A DNA stretch of 63,497 nucleotides, counting the filler, from Octopus bimaculoides (lineage: Eukaryota): assembly GCF_001194135.2 (NCBI RefSeq). It is 6 parts of 4 records of this genome, joined end to end, with 100 filler letters (N's around TTAATTAATTAA, not from the genome) between each part and the next. Parts side by side here need not be neighbours in the genome. Positions count along the whole stretch, not along the records: positions 48,192 to 55,269 come from NC_069000.1; positions 55,370 to 58,724 come from NC_068982.1; positions 58,825 to 62,086 come from NC_069005.1; 3 more parts are not named here. The stretch is one strand, 5' to 3'. The notes below the pieces were generated by a model, which worked only from the letters and a program-made list of their open reading frames with translations, was not told the origin of the DNA and did not search any database. Shown here one piece after another: positions 48,386-60,463 of this stretch. Numbering within the stretch: position 1 is the stretch's first letter; the number at the start of each line of letters is the position of its first letter. A program made the translations under genes and the position numbers.

Positions 48386-49595
48386 CCAGTGTAAGCTATG
48401 GACACATAAGAGGTGTAGCAATATCAAAGGAAGGCTAACTAAGAAGATAGTTTTTGTATGTGGCAGATGTTCAGGAGCAATAAACACTGAAAATGTACAG
48501 AAAACAACTTCTGCCACATTCCAGGAAGAAAAATTAGACATAGGTGACCAAGTTTGTAGCGGGGAAGGGTGCACTGAAAGTGTAGCTGCTAGAATAAGAA
48601 TAGCCTGTGCAAAGTTCTGAGAGCTCTTACCTCTGCTGGTAACAAAGAGCCTCTCGCTCAGAGTAAAAGGCAGACTGTATGACGCATGTGTACGAACAGC
48701 CATGCTACATGGCAGTGAAACATGGGCCATGACTGCTGAGGTTAGACCTAAGAAGCATCAGTTGTGGTGTGCAAGAGAGATGATTGTGCTGATATGGTTA
48801 TGTGGCAAGAATGGATGAGGATAGCTGTGTGAAAAAGTGCCACACCCTAACGGTTAAGGGAATCTGTGGAAGAGGTAGACCCTGGAAGACCTGGGATGAC
48901 GTAGTGAAGCACGACCTCCGAACATTAGGCCTCACCAAGGCAATGACTTGTGACCAAGACCTTTGGAAGATATGCTGTGCGTGAGAAGATCCAGCAAGCC
49001 AAGTGAGACCATAATCCAAGGCCTCTGCCAGGGGTGTAGCCAGCCCACTTATGGGTACCTTTCCTTCGTTGGACACTTGCGAAGACCTGTTGAGGCAATT
49101 GAAATTGAACCAAATTCGACGACTGGCACCTATGCCAACCTCTCCTTCATTGGACACTAAACTCTGCTTGCGAAGACCTGTTGGGGCAAGTGAAATTGAA
49201 ATCGTGTTGGCACCTGTACCAGTGGAGTGGTAAGAGCACCGTCCAAGCGTGATCATTGCCAGAGCAGCTGTCTGGCTTCCGTGCTAGTGGCACGTAAATA
49301 GCACCATTTGAGCATGATCATTACCAGCGTTACGTTACTGGCACTGTGCCGGTGGCATGTGAAAAAACATTCGAGTGAGATCGTTGCCAGTGCTGCTGGA
49401 CTGGCCTTCATGGCGGTGGCACGTAAAAGCACCCACTACACTCTCAGAGCGGTTGGCATTAGGAAGGGCATCCAGCTGTAGAAACTCTGGCAAATCAGAT
49501 TGGAGCCTGGTGTAGCCATCTGGTTCACCAGTCCTCAGTCAAACCGTCCAACCCACTGCTAGCATGGAAGGCGGATGTTAAACGATGATGATGAT
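48386..49595 (+). mobile_element. 5'-truncated RTE-clade LINE: RT C-terminus, repeat-containing 3' UTR, (GAT)n tail
   Basis: SVAARIRIACAKF*ELLPLL..KGRLYDACVRTAMLHGSETW; GRGRPWKTWDDVV; tail GCTAGCATGGAAGGCGGATGTTAAACGATGATGATG. Confidence 0.88.
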
Positions 49596-49597
49596 AC

Positions 49598-50041
49598 ATA
49601 TTTTCATTTTCATTCATTTTATCTAGTTTCAGCTCATGAGCTGTGGCTATGCTGGGGCACCGCCATTTGGTTTTGCTACACAATTTTACTTCACGATTTT
49701 TACTTCAGGANNNNNNNNNNCGCCATTTGGTTTTGCTACACAATTTTACTTCACGATTTTTACTTCAGGAATTGACATTTGGTGCATGAGAGAGTTTGGT
49801 GCAGCTGCTCTCATCTGCACCTCCTGCCTTGAAGTTGGTTCATCTGGGACACCTGACAGGAAGAGGTCCAGCCTCATCTTGAAGACACCTACATCCACTA
49901 CATGCAGGTCTCTCAGGTACTTTGGCAGGATATTGAAGAGCTGTGGACCTCTGAAGCCCAGGCTATTGCAGTATCTTGTGCTACATCTTGGTGGCAAATT
50001 TGGAGTCCTTGGCACTATGCAATGGCATCCAGTTCTTTTAT
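49598..50041 (-). mobile_element. CR1-group LINE 3' end with complete tail
   Basis: STRYCNSLGFRGPQLFNILPKYLRDL..FLSGVPDEP..RAAAPNSL; tail GGCGGTGCCCCAGCATAGCCACAGCTCATGAGCTGAAAC. Confidence 0.88.
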
Positions 50042-50141
50042 NNNNNNNNNNNNNNNNNNNNNNNNNNNNNNNNNNNNNNNNNNNNNNNNNNNNNNNNNNN
50101 NNNNNNNNNNNNNNNNNNNNNNNNNNNNNNNNNNNNNNNNN

Positions 50142-50775
50142 CGAAATTGTGATGGCACCTGTACCAGTGGAGCACTAAGAGCACCGTCCGAACGCGATCG
50201 TTGCCAGAGCAGCTGTCTGGCTTCCATGCCAGTGGCATGTAAATAGCACCAGCGTGATCATTACCAACGTCGCCTTCCTGGCATGTGAAAAGATATTCGA
50301 GCGCGATTGTTGCCAGTGCCGATGGACTGGCTCCTGTGCAGGTGACACGTAAGATACATCATTTCGAGCGTGGCCGTTGCCAGTAAGACATTCGAGCGAG
50401 ATCGTTGCCAGTGCCGATGGAGTGGCTCTTGTGCAGGTGACACGTAAAATACACCATTTCGAGCGTGGCCATTGCCAGTAAGACGTTCGAGCGAGATCGT
50501 TGCCAGTGCCAATGGACTGGCTCCTGTGCAGGTGACACGTAAAATACACCATTTCGAGCGTGGCCGTTGCCAGTACCGCCTGACTGGCCCTTGTGCTGGT
50601 GGCACGTAAAAGCACCCACTACACTCTCGGAGTGATTGGCGTTAGGAAGGGCATCTAGCTGTAGAAACTCTGCCAAATCAGATTGGAGCCTGGTGTCACC
50701 TCCTGGTCCACCAGTCGTCAGTCAAATCGTCCAACTGATGCTAGCATAGTAAGCGGACGTTAAACGACGATGATG

Positions 50776-50776
<1 letters not shown>
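50142..50776 (+). mobile_element. RTE 3' UTR copy with expanded 95-bp tandem array
   Basis: Homologous to 49195-49595; CATTTCGAGCG unit starts at 50360, 50455 and 50550. Confidence 0.85.
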
Positions 50777-50815
<39 letters not shown>

Positions 50816-50824
50816 GTGTGTGTG

Positions 50825-51018
50825 TGTTTGTGTATCAACATCACTTGATAACCAATGCTGGTATTTACATCCCTATAATTTAGTGGTTTGGTGAAAGAGA
50901 CCAATAGAAGTACTAAGCTTACAAAGAATAAGTCCTGAGGTCGATTTGCTTGCCTAAAGACGGTGCTCCAGCATGGCTGCAGTCAAATGACTGAAACAAG
51001 TAAAAGAATAAAAGAATA
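50825..51018 (+). mobile_element. SINE family B
   Basis: Complete tail with (TAAAAGAA)n. Confidence 0.85.
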
Positions 51019-51059
51019 AATATGCAAAAAGATTAACAGCAAACCTGGCATACTAGTGC

Positions 51060-51830
51060 ACTCAGATAAAACAAGGAATGGATACCAAATGGATTATAAG
51101 GATTTGAACAACCTAATTAGAAAGATTTTAAAGGACTATCAGATTACAATGGAGAATACATTCCTTGATATTAATAGGACAACCAAATGAATTATGAACT
51201 TGGTATAGATGACAGAACTGAACTGCAAAAACCTAGCACTTCGCAGATTACATTAAAGGACCACAAGCTCAACTTTGAAACCAAACCCTAAGTCAGACTT
51301 AGGAAGATTAAGTAAAATGATTATTGGTAAGCACATACTAATCCTTAGGAACAGAATTAAGCTAGATTTATGGTCTAATTCTTTTGAAGCAATACACTGG
51401 TTTAGGAACATTAGGGATAAAGAGAACACTAAATTTATACAGATAGGCATCTCTCATTATTATGCCTCCATAAATCCTGTCCTGATAAACAAGGCACTTA
51501 TATTTGTTAGGTTGAGTAGGGAAGAAATAGATATTATAATTGAGGCTGGGAAAATGATAATAGAGTGTGATGGAAAGCTATGGACTCAAAAGGATAGACC
51601 AAATAACTTCAATATAACTGTGGGTTTGAGTGACTTAGCCCAGGTTATGGATCTAGAAAGCATCCATATCTTAAACTGCATAGGGACTGAGTTTCTGGAA
51701 ATGGGGGTGGATTATATAGGGATGATGCACATAACTGTAACAATAGATTATTAGAGAAGCATAGGTAACAGATAACTAAATTTTTTTAAATGATTAGGAC
51801 TGAATGCTACATTTGATTCCTCTTACGCAC
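51060..51830 (+). mobile_element. Penelope-like element reverse transcriptase remnant
   Basis: ITLKDHKLNF; KSDLGRLSK; LWSNSFEAIHWFRNI..KFIQIGISHYYASI; FNITVG; GLYRDDA (shifted frame, ~51710). Confidence 0.85.
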
Positions 51831-51859
51831 AACTTTTCTCTCAATACATTTGCACGTTG

Positions 51860-53770
51860 TCATACATGAACACTTGTCGTACATGAACACATCCAACGGA
51901 GCATACTGCCTTCATTTCTCTCCGGTCTATGCATGTCTTCTGCATTCAAAGCCCATGTCTCACTACCATGGAGTATAGCCATTCACACACAAGTATCATA
52001 CAGTCTACCTTTCACTCTGAGAGAGAAAGAATCCTTTTGTTGCCAACAGAGGCAACTTCCTCCACTCTATTCTTATTCCAGAAACAATACTTTCAGAGCA
52101 TCCTCCACTGTTGCTAATTTGGTAACTAGGTAACAGAAAGTATCTACAACCTCAAGAGAGTCTCCTGAGCATTTGAGAGAATTTAAGTCCTGTGTGCTCT
52201 TAGTGCTTATTGTTCCTGCACATCTGCCACATACAAAGACAACTTTATCTGTGACTTACCTGTGATTCCCCTGAACTTCTTATGTGTCCATAACTCACAC
52301 AGGGTGCATTGAATGGAATTTCTTCCAACTCCTTTCCTACATATTGAGCAGGGCCATTTACCTCACAGAAAGAGAGTTTTATCTTTTTTATTACTAACCA
52401 CAACTTTGGTCTTTGCTAGGTTAACTTTAAGACCCTTTGATTCCAGATTTTGTTTCCATACCTGGAATTTGTTCTCCAATTCTGCTAAATATTCTGCAAT
52501 AAGAGCAAGGCCATCAGTATATAGTAGTTCCCATGGGCATCAAGTTTTGAATTCCTCTGTTATGGCCCGGAGGACTATAATGAATAGGAGTGAACTGAGA
52601 ACTGAGCCTTGGTGAACCTCTATTTGTACACTAAACACATTACTGTATTCATGGCCAATTCTCACCTCACAGCACCACTGTATATGGCTTGTACAGCTCT
52701 AATAAGCCACTCCTCTACTCAACTTCCTTAGAGACCACCATATAACAGAGTAGGGAACTCTGTTGGAAGCTTTCTCCAGGTTGACGAAGGCTAAGTACAA
52801 TGGCTTACTTTTGGCCAAGTACTTTTCCTGAAGCTGTCTCACTAGGAAGATGGCATCTGTGGTACTCTTCCCAGGTACAATACCAAACTACATCTCATTC
52901 AGTTTAATTCTATTCCTAATCAATTAAGCTATAACCCTCTCAGTAACTTTCATGACTTGGTCTAGTTTAATACCTCTGTAGTTGTTTCTATCTAAGGCAG
53001 GGGCCACCAAACTATGGCCCATGGGTCAGATCTGGCCCAAATGCCCATTACACCAGTCATTGGGGATGGTGCCTTCCTGAATAACCTGATTAACTATGCA
53101 GGTGACTAAGCTGTATCCTACACCACCAGAAATTTTAATCATCTCAACAGTGATTCCTAACAACCCAGGGGCTTTCCCTGTCTTCATATCCTTAATTGCC
53201 TTATCTATTATGCTGCTATCAACTCTGATGACTGGTCCCTCAATTGGCTTGATATTTGGTAAACTCTCCTTCTCCCATTCATTTTCCACATTTAATAACC
53301 TTTTATAGTGACACTTCCATGTATCTTCCTTCTCTGAGTCACTAAGTGCAAGCATACCATTATCCATTCGCACACATCTCCCACCCACCACATCTCTATT
53401 CTCTATGACACACTGTTTTACAATCCTGAACATTTCATGCCTCTGATTCTCACATTGTAGAACATTTGCAAATCTCTTACCTTCAGCTATTCTTTTTGCT
53501 ATGTAAACCTGATGCCTAGCTGCCTTTTTGACTACCTGATATAATTCTCTGCTTCCACCATTTTTCCTGTTTCTTTGCTTTTATAACACTGTCTATCACC
53601 TTGTTCCACCACCATGTCACCCTTGGTCTAGCTGGGACTCTGCACCAACTACAGATTTTATCTGTAGTCCTCAGCAAATTTTCCTGCAGGAACTTCCAAT
53701 TGTTCTCTAAACTATATGTCGCCAACTCTTCCTCTCTTTCATCAGAAGCTTCGATGAGTAACTTTATTAA
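51860..53770 (-). mobile_element. Degenerate RTE-clade LINE (linker + RT), same family as 48386
   Basis: TWWWN; WKCHYKRLLNVENEW..MKTGKAPG; GVHQGSVLSSLLFIIVL; ELLYTDGL; LHGSETW. Confidence 0.9.
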
Positions 53771-54069
53771 CCATAGGCAGATATTAGGGATAAGGTATAA
53801 ACATATTTTTAATAAATCATTTAGTAGGTTCCCAAGTTAACTTTAATAATATAGTGAGAGATATAGGTTGAGATGTGTATAACGACAAGGCAATAAATGT
53901 GAATTACCTAATTTTTTTATATGTTAATAGGTCTTCTACTTATTTTATTTAGTTTCATTTTGCTATGCTTTAAAGACTTAATTTATTTTGCCTTGGTGAT
54001 GATGACGATATTTTATATTTTATAGTTATATAGATGTTTGTATGCCTATGTAGCATACACTCGAGTGAA

Positions 54070-54706
54070 ATTCTTCTCTTCCCTTTATTATATATACGTG
54101 CATTCAAATGTAGCAGGTAACAGATGGCCATAGCACTGACTCTCTGCATGCAATTGGACTCAGAAAGTTTGTGAGGAATACATTGACCCAATTTGCTAAC
54201 TTTTCCGATGGCATGCAGGTGTCGATAAATGGTTTAATGACCAAATCCAAGCTTCTCTGCTTGTTCCTCAACAGCTATGATGGGATTTTGTTCCACCAAG
54301 CTTTCAGGACATCCTTATTGAGCTCTACAGATCTTCCAGGATGAGGCTCATCTTCTAGGCTGTAGTTTTTGGCTCGGAACTTCTGGAACCACAGTTGACA
54401 TTGGCTTATGCTTATTGTCCGATCCTCATTTACTGAATTAATATTCCTCACACTTTCCATTGTGTTGTTGCCTTTATTGAACTCATAAAGCAAAATATGC
54501 CAAATGTGTCCCTTTGTCACTTCCATTATAGCTTTGAAAAAGTAACTGTTAAAGTTGAACAGCACTCTTCAAAACTTGCACTAAGAATAAAACCAAGGTA
54601 AAATTATTACCTGCTTTTATAGCAAGTTGATACGGGCAGTTTATCTCATCCCCCTCCAACTTTTAGTTCATGCAATTGAAAAAAACGCATTATCCATGGG
54701 ATGATT
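54070..54706 (-). mobile_element. Mariner 5' end (TIR + HTH region, truncated)
   Basis: HILLYEFNKG..QCQLWFQKFRAKNYSLEDEPHPGRS; GQCIPHKL (WVPHEL-like). Confidence 0.85.
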
Positions 54707-55217
54707 GAATATGTGTGTGTGTGTGTATGTGAGTGTGTATAATTTTTTCATGAATTTAAAATGATTTTAAAGTTTTTTAAAATTAAAAAAATTTTTTTTT
54801 AATTTTATGTTATTTTATTTATCCTGTTTTATTCTTTTAAGATTTTAATATTTTAACTAATTTTTTTTACTTTCAATCTGTTATTTCTGTTATTATTTTG
54901 GAAGATTATCCTATTGTTATCTTATTAATATTATTGGTACTGATATTAATGATATTGATGTTGTTGATGTTGATGCTGTCACCTTCATCATAATTGTTTC
55001 ACTATAACACATTATTCTGAAAGTTTATTCTAATCCTCTATATCTTAGTTTATCTTAATGGTAAATTTAGAAACTTCAAATTTACTTAAAATTTAAAATC
55101 TAACTCATTTATCAATTCAAATTTGAAAACCTGAATATGTAATGTCTATTATTTTTAACTTGTTTCTTATGTGTGTGTGTGTGTGTACACACACACACAC
55201 ACTGTATATATATATAA

Positions 55218-55269
<52 letters not shown>

Positions 55270-55369
55270 NNNNNNNNNNNNNNNNNNNNNNNNNNNNNNN
55301 NNNNNNNNNNNNNTTAATTAATTAANNNNNNNNNNNNNNNNNNNNNNNNNNNNNNNNNNNNNNNNNNNN
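55270..55369. other. Artificial scaffold linker
   Basis: N44-TTAATTAATTAA-N44. Confidence 0.92.
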
Positions 55370-55371
55370 TG

Positions 55372-55407
<36 letters not shown>

Positions 55408-55494
55408 CGCATATATACAAATAAATAATATATATATATATATGCATATATACATACATGTACACACACACACACATATATAAAATATATATGT

Positions 55495-55615
55495 ATATAT
55501 GGGTACAGGACGTCACAAAACGTCAACAACATGAAATACAAAAACAAAGTTGGGTATGCAAACAACAAGAGAAACAAATGGAAAACAAGACAAGTAACAT
55601 AAAGAGCGACCCTTC
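55495..55615 (-). mobile_element. PLE-like terminal fragment (ATATGGGTACAGGACG terminus) between microsatellites
   Basis: Homologous to the 40021/40480 family (AACATAAAGA..CCCTTCA). Confidence 0.6.
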
Positions 55616-55617
55616 AA

Positions 55618-55677
<60 letters not shown>

Positions 55678-56135
55678 ATGTGTGTGAGTGTGTACGTGTG
55701 TGTCTGAATGTGTGTGAGATTGTGTGTGTGTGTGCATGTGTATGGATACCTGTGTATGACCGTGTGTGTATGTGCGTGAGTGTGCCTGACCGTGTGTATG
55801 TGTGAGTGTGTGTGCGTGCGTATGTGCATGAGTGCGTGTATGCGTGTGTACGTATGCGCGTACCTGTGTATGTGTATGTGTACGTAGTGGAGCGATAAAG
55901 TTGTAGTATATTGTCAACTTAATGTGACAATCCCAATAAGGGAATACACTACTGCCGTTTAGCCCTAGGAAACTGGACCGTTTCCTGTCGGCCTTGACAC
56001 AATTACTGTGTCCTTCTCTCTGAGAGATTTAGAAATATTATATTTCTAATTTTGCTGATCAGTGAATGAACTTCACTATGATTTACATAAGTTTGTGAAG
56101 GAGAGACAGGCCTCTGTATCCAGCTGGCAAGCTAC

Positions 56136-56178
56136 TTCAGGCTGATGACGAGCAAAGACTCAGAAACATGTCCCTGAA
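56136..56178 (+). ncRNA. Minimal type I hammerhead ribozyme with canonical core and GUC triplet
   Basis: TTCAGG-CTGATGA-C-GAG(caaaga)CTC-A-GAAAC-AT-GTC-CCTGAA; 6-bp stem I; palindromic ACATGT; predicted cut after 56172. Confidence 0.78.
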
Positions 56179-57119
56179 TGCTGGCTAGGCTGGGTGGGGG
56201 AGCTTGTCTCCCCTTCNNNNNNNNNNNNNNNNNNNNNNNNNNNNNNNNNNNNNNNNNNNNNNNNNNNNNNNNNNNNNNNNNNNNNNNNNNNNNNNNNNNN
56301 NNNNNNNNNNNNNNNNNNNNNNNNNNNNNNNNNNNNNNNNNNNNNNNNNNNNNNNNNNNNNNNNNNNNNNNNNNNNNNNNNNNNNNNNNNNNNNNNNNNN
56401 NNNNNNNNNNNNNNNNNNNNNNNNNNNNNNNNNNNNNNNNNNNNNNNNNNNNNNNNNNNNNNNNNNNNNNNNNNNNNNNNNNNNNNNNNNNNNNNNNNNN
56501 NNNNNNNNNNNNNNNNNNNNNNNNNNNNNNNNNNNNNNNNNNNNNNNNNNNNNNNNNNNNNNNNNNNNNNNNNNNNNNNNNNNNNNNNNNNNNNNNNNNN
56601 NNNNNNNNNNNNNNNNNNNNNNNNNNNNNNNNNNNNNNNNNNNNNNNNNNNNNNNNNNNNNNNNNNNNNNNNNNNNNNNNNNNNNNNNNNNNNNNNNNNN
56701 NNNNNNNNNNNNNNNNNNNNNNNNNNNNNNNNNNNNNNNNNNNNNNNNNNNNNNNNNNNNNNNNNNNNNNNNNNNNNNNNNNNNNNNNNNNNNNNNNNNN
56801 NNNNNNNNNNNNNNNNNNNNNNNNNNNNNNNNNNNNNNNNNNNNNNNNNNNNNNNNNNNNNNNNNNNNNNNNNNNNNNNNNNNNNNNNNNNNNNNNNNNN
56901 NNNNNNNNNNNNNNNNNNNNNNNNNNNNNNNNNNNNNNNNNNNNNNNNNNNNNNNNNNNNNNNNNNNNNNNNNNNNNNNNNNNNNNNNNNNNNNNNNNNN
57001 NNNNNNNNNNNNNNNNNNNNNNNNNNNNNNNNNNNNNNNNNNNNNNNNNNNNNNNNNNNNNNNNNNNNNNNNNNNNNNNNNNNNNNNNNNNNNNNNNNNN
57101 NNNNNNNNNNNNNNNNNNA

Positions 57120-57370
57120 TATATGAGAGACCAAAATCCTTGTTTTCGTATACATTCGCTGCTTTCTTCCAAGGAATCTAGTGCTCTTAGCTTAGTTTTT
57201 CCTTGGGGCTGGCCAGATTGGAGCAATCTCGAATATAACCAGCCGAAATTGAAAAAATAATCTGCAACTCGACTGAAGAAAGAAAACTCCGAATGACCGT
57301 CCTTGTTTTCGTTGTATCGTCTATCTGGATGTTTTGCGTTCTTGTCCCATTTTGTATTTTTTATATATAT
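57120..57370 (+). mobile_element. PLE-like terminal repeat with decayed hammerhead (GAC-TGAAGA..CTCC-GAAT..GTC)
   Basis: Core-like motifs at ~57268-57305; flanked by AT runs. Confidence 0.35.
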
Positions 57371-57922
57371 ATATAGCAGCGTGCGTACACTTTAGTTTCT
57401 TATATGTAAGTATATATTTATCTAAATCTTGTACGACTCTATTCTCCTATTTCTTTATTCTTTCCTTCTTCTGTCAGCCCTTTCACACTTATTTCGATCA
57501 TTCCACTCTTCGTTCTTTGTTCCCCCTCTCTCACATTTAATTGCCTTCTCTTCAAACTCACTTGCCCTTCTCTTTTCACTTCACTGTGTCCCTGTCATTT
57601 TTTCTCGCCCTTCCTCATTTCTTCTCTCCCTCTGCCTCTACCTCTCTCTCTTCTCTCCCCACGTGACTGGCGTTCGGCCAAGCCTGATCTTTGTTTTTTG
57701 GCCGGCCGTTGTCTGTGCAACATCTATATTCTTCCCTGTGTCAGTGATATCTTGTATCCCTGCCGTAAGGCTTTACTTCCAGACACGCCAGCTTAATTTA
57801 ATTCGTCCTTAGTCGAAAGACANNNNNNNNNNNNNNNNNNNNNNNNNNNNNNNNNNNNNNNNNNNNNNNNNNNNNNNNNNNNNNNNNNNNNNNNNNNNNN
57901 NNNNNNNNNNNNNNNNNNNNNN

Positions 57923-57963
<41 letters not shown>

Positions 57964-57966
57964 ATA

Positions 57967-58724
57967 CTAGCTAACGTACCCGTTAATTCCCGGGAAGGTG
58001 GGGCTTATCTTTTGGTTCCGATCTCATAATTGGTTCGCTAATCTAATAACAACGATACAAAGTATGTAGCCCTTAAGACGGTTTTTGTGCATTTACAGAG
58101 AATACCGAACTCGCTTACACAGGATCTTGATTTTAGGAATTCCTAATAAGTTATGAATACCCAAATTGTGAAGTCAGTTATGTAATAACATGAAATTAGT
58201 TACCCAATAATAAGAATTCAAATAAAGCCCGAAAAGGAATTTAATGCGTCCCGAGAGTATATAGAACTTTGGAGAAAATACTAACAAGGTATGTATACTA
58301 AAATCGTGAAGCATGTTACGTAATAACAGGCTAATAAGATATGAGATAATAACAATTCAAAGTAAATAACTCTGAAACGGGCTTTTGTGCGTTCCCGGAG
58401 AATATTACCCTCAGGGGCGCTAGTGTTGGTATATTTGTAAATAAGTCACTAACCGAAATAAGTTTGATGTATTGTTTGAGAAAATACTATTTACTTGTTT
58501 AAGGGTTGCACTGGATAAATTGCGAAAATAACTCTAACAGTTCAAATATAAGAAAAAAGCAGACTCAATTTGATTTATACCAAATAATTTAGGAAAATGA
58601 ATGGGTTGACTGTTAAAATATATTAGTTATGTATAAGGATCCCTTCCAGGGGCTCTATTATCGATTTTTAAAAACAATCTGAGTATGCCATGATATTTCC
58701 AGACATTAGTTCTACTCACATATC
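57967..58724 (-). mobile_element. Non-autonomous Helitron, 3' end with internal subrepeats
   Basis: Minus strand CCCG-GGAATTAA-CGGG-TACGTTAG-CTAG|T; repeated TTGTGC.TT..C.GAGAATA and GTTA.GTAATAACA units. Confidence 0.7.
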
Positions 58725-58824
58725 NNNNNNNNNNNNNNNNNNNNNNNNNNNNNNNNNNNNNNNNNNNNTTAATTAATTAANNNNNNNNNNNNNNNNNNNN
58801 NNNNNNNNNNNNNNNNNNNNNNNN
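58725..58824. other. Artificial scaffold linker
   Basis: N-TTAATTAATTAA-N, ~100 bp. Confidence 0.92.
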
Positions 58825-58855
<31 letters not shown>

Positions 58856-59527
58856 ATATATATATATATGTATATATATATCTGTATATACCCTCACACA
58901 CACTACACACATGCACACACTAAACACACACACATACACACACAAACGCACACACACACTACACACATGTATGCATATAAATACATGGAGCAATCTTTAC
59001 CGTAATGTATATAAGAAATCAAAATTATATACATGTACATTTGTGTATATATGCATATATGTATATATATGTATATATATATATTTATGTGTATTTATAT
59101 ATATACATATACATATATACATATATATATATATATATCTATATAAGATCGGAAGAGCNNNNNNNNNNNNNNNNNNNNNNNNNNNNNNNNNNNNNNNNNN
59201 NNNNNNNNNNNNNNNNNNNNNNNNNNNNNNNNNNNNNNNNNNNNNNNNNNNNNNNNNNNNNNNNNNNNNNNNNNNNNNNNNNNNNNNNNNNNNNNNNNNN
59301 NNNNNNNNNNNNNNNNNNNNNNNNNNNNNNNNNNNNNNNNNNNNNNNNNNNNNNNNNNNNNNNNNNNNNNNNNNNNNNNNNNNNNNNNNNNNNNNNNNNN
59401 NNNNNNNNNNNNNNNNNNNNNNNNNNNNNNNNNNNNNNNNNNNNNNNNNNNNNNNNNNNNNNNNNNNNNNNNNNNNNNNNNNNNNNNNNNNNNNNNNNNN
59501 NNNNNNNNNNNNATATATATATATATA

Positions 59528-59690
59528 CGACTGTCTTCTTTCAGTTTCTGTCAACCAAATCCACTCACAAGGATTTCGTCTGCCCGAGGCTATTTTAGAT
59601 GACACTTGCCCAAGGTGTTACCCAGTGGAACTGAACCCGGAACCATGTAGTTGGGAAGCAAGCTACTTACCACATAGCCACGTCTATCCT
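59528..59690 (-). mobile_element. SINE family C (tRNA head + CORE-like domain)
   Basis: GTGGCTATGTGGTAAG head, GGTTCAGTTCC B-box, CCTTGGGCAAGTGTC. Confidence 0.8.
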
Positions 59691-60365
59691 TCCCTTATTT
59701 ATTCCTTCCTCATTACTCTTATTCTCTCTCCATCTCTAACGCAACTCTCATTTCTGAACATTTTCTTTCTCTTTCCAAACATTCTTTCTTCGCAAATCCT
59801 TATCTCATGCATTCACGATTATTAATTGCTGTCATTATCTACTTTCACCACTCTCTCATATATCACGGAAGAAGAATAGGATTTTGATCGCTCCTCTAAG
59901 ACTGACATCTTTCAAGGCAACGCAACTCGACTTGCATCGCCGGACAAACTGATAAAGATATACGCGCCCGTGTGTTTGCGTCTTCGTGCGATGCACGTGC
60001 GTGAGAGTTGTTTTTATGTGGATGTGCGTGCATGCTTGTTTGTGTACATGCCTGTGTGCTTGTGTGTGTGTGTGTGTATGTGTGTGTGTGGGGGGGGTGT
60101 TCTCTTTCTTGTGATTCGAGTTTCACGCTACAGCGATCTTCAGGTGAACTGATGTTGATCTAACTCTTATTGCCGGAAAAGAAGTCAGTTCGATTTAACA
60201 TTATACTCTACATTATGTATTAAGTACTCTATCTGCTTTCCTTGACAAACTGAACAATTTCTTCACCCACGCAAACCTACTACACACACACACACACACA
60301 CACATTCATACACACACACAAATACAAACACACATATGTTTTACATCTATCTATCTATCTATCTA

Positions 60366-60406
<41 letters not shown>

Positions 60407-60416
60407 NNNNNNNNNN

Positions 60417-60463
<47 letters not shown>

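Noticed and set aside
49661-49770. 50-bp tandem duplication across a 10-N gap
   Set aside because: Assembly overlap artefact
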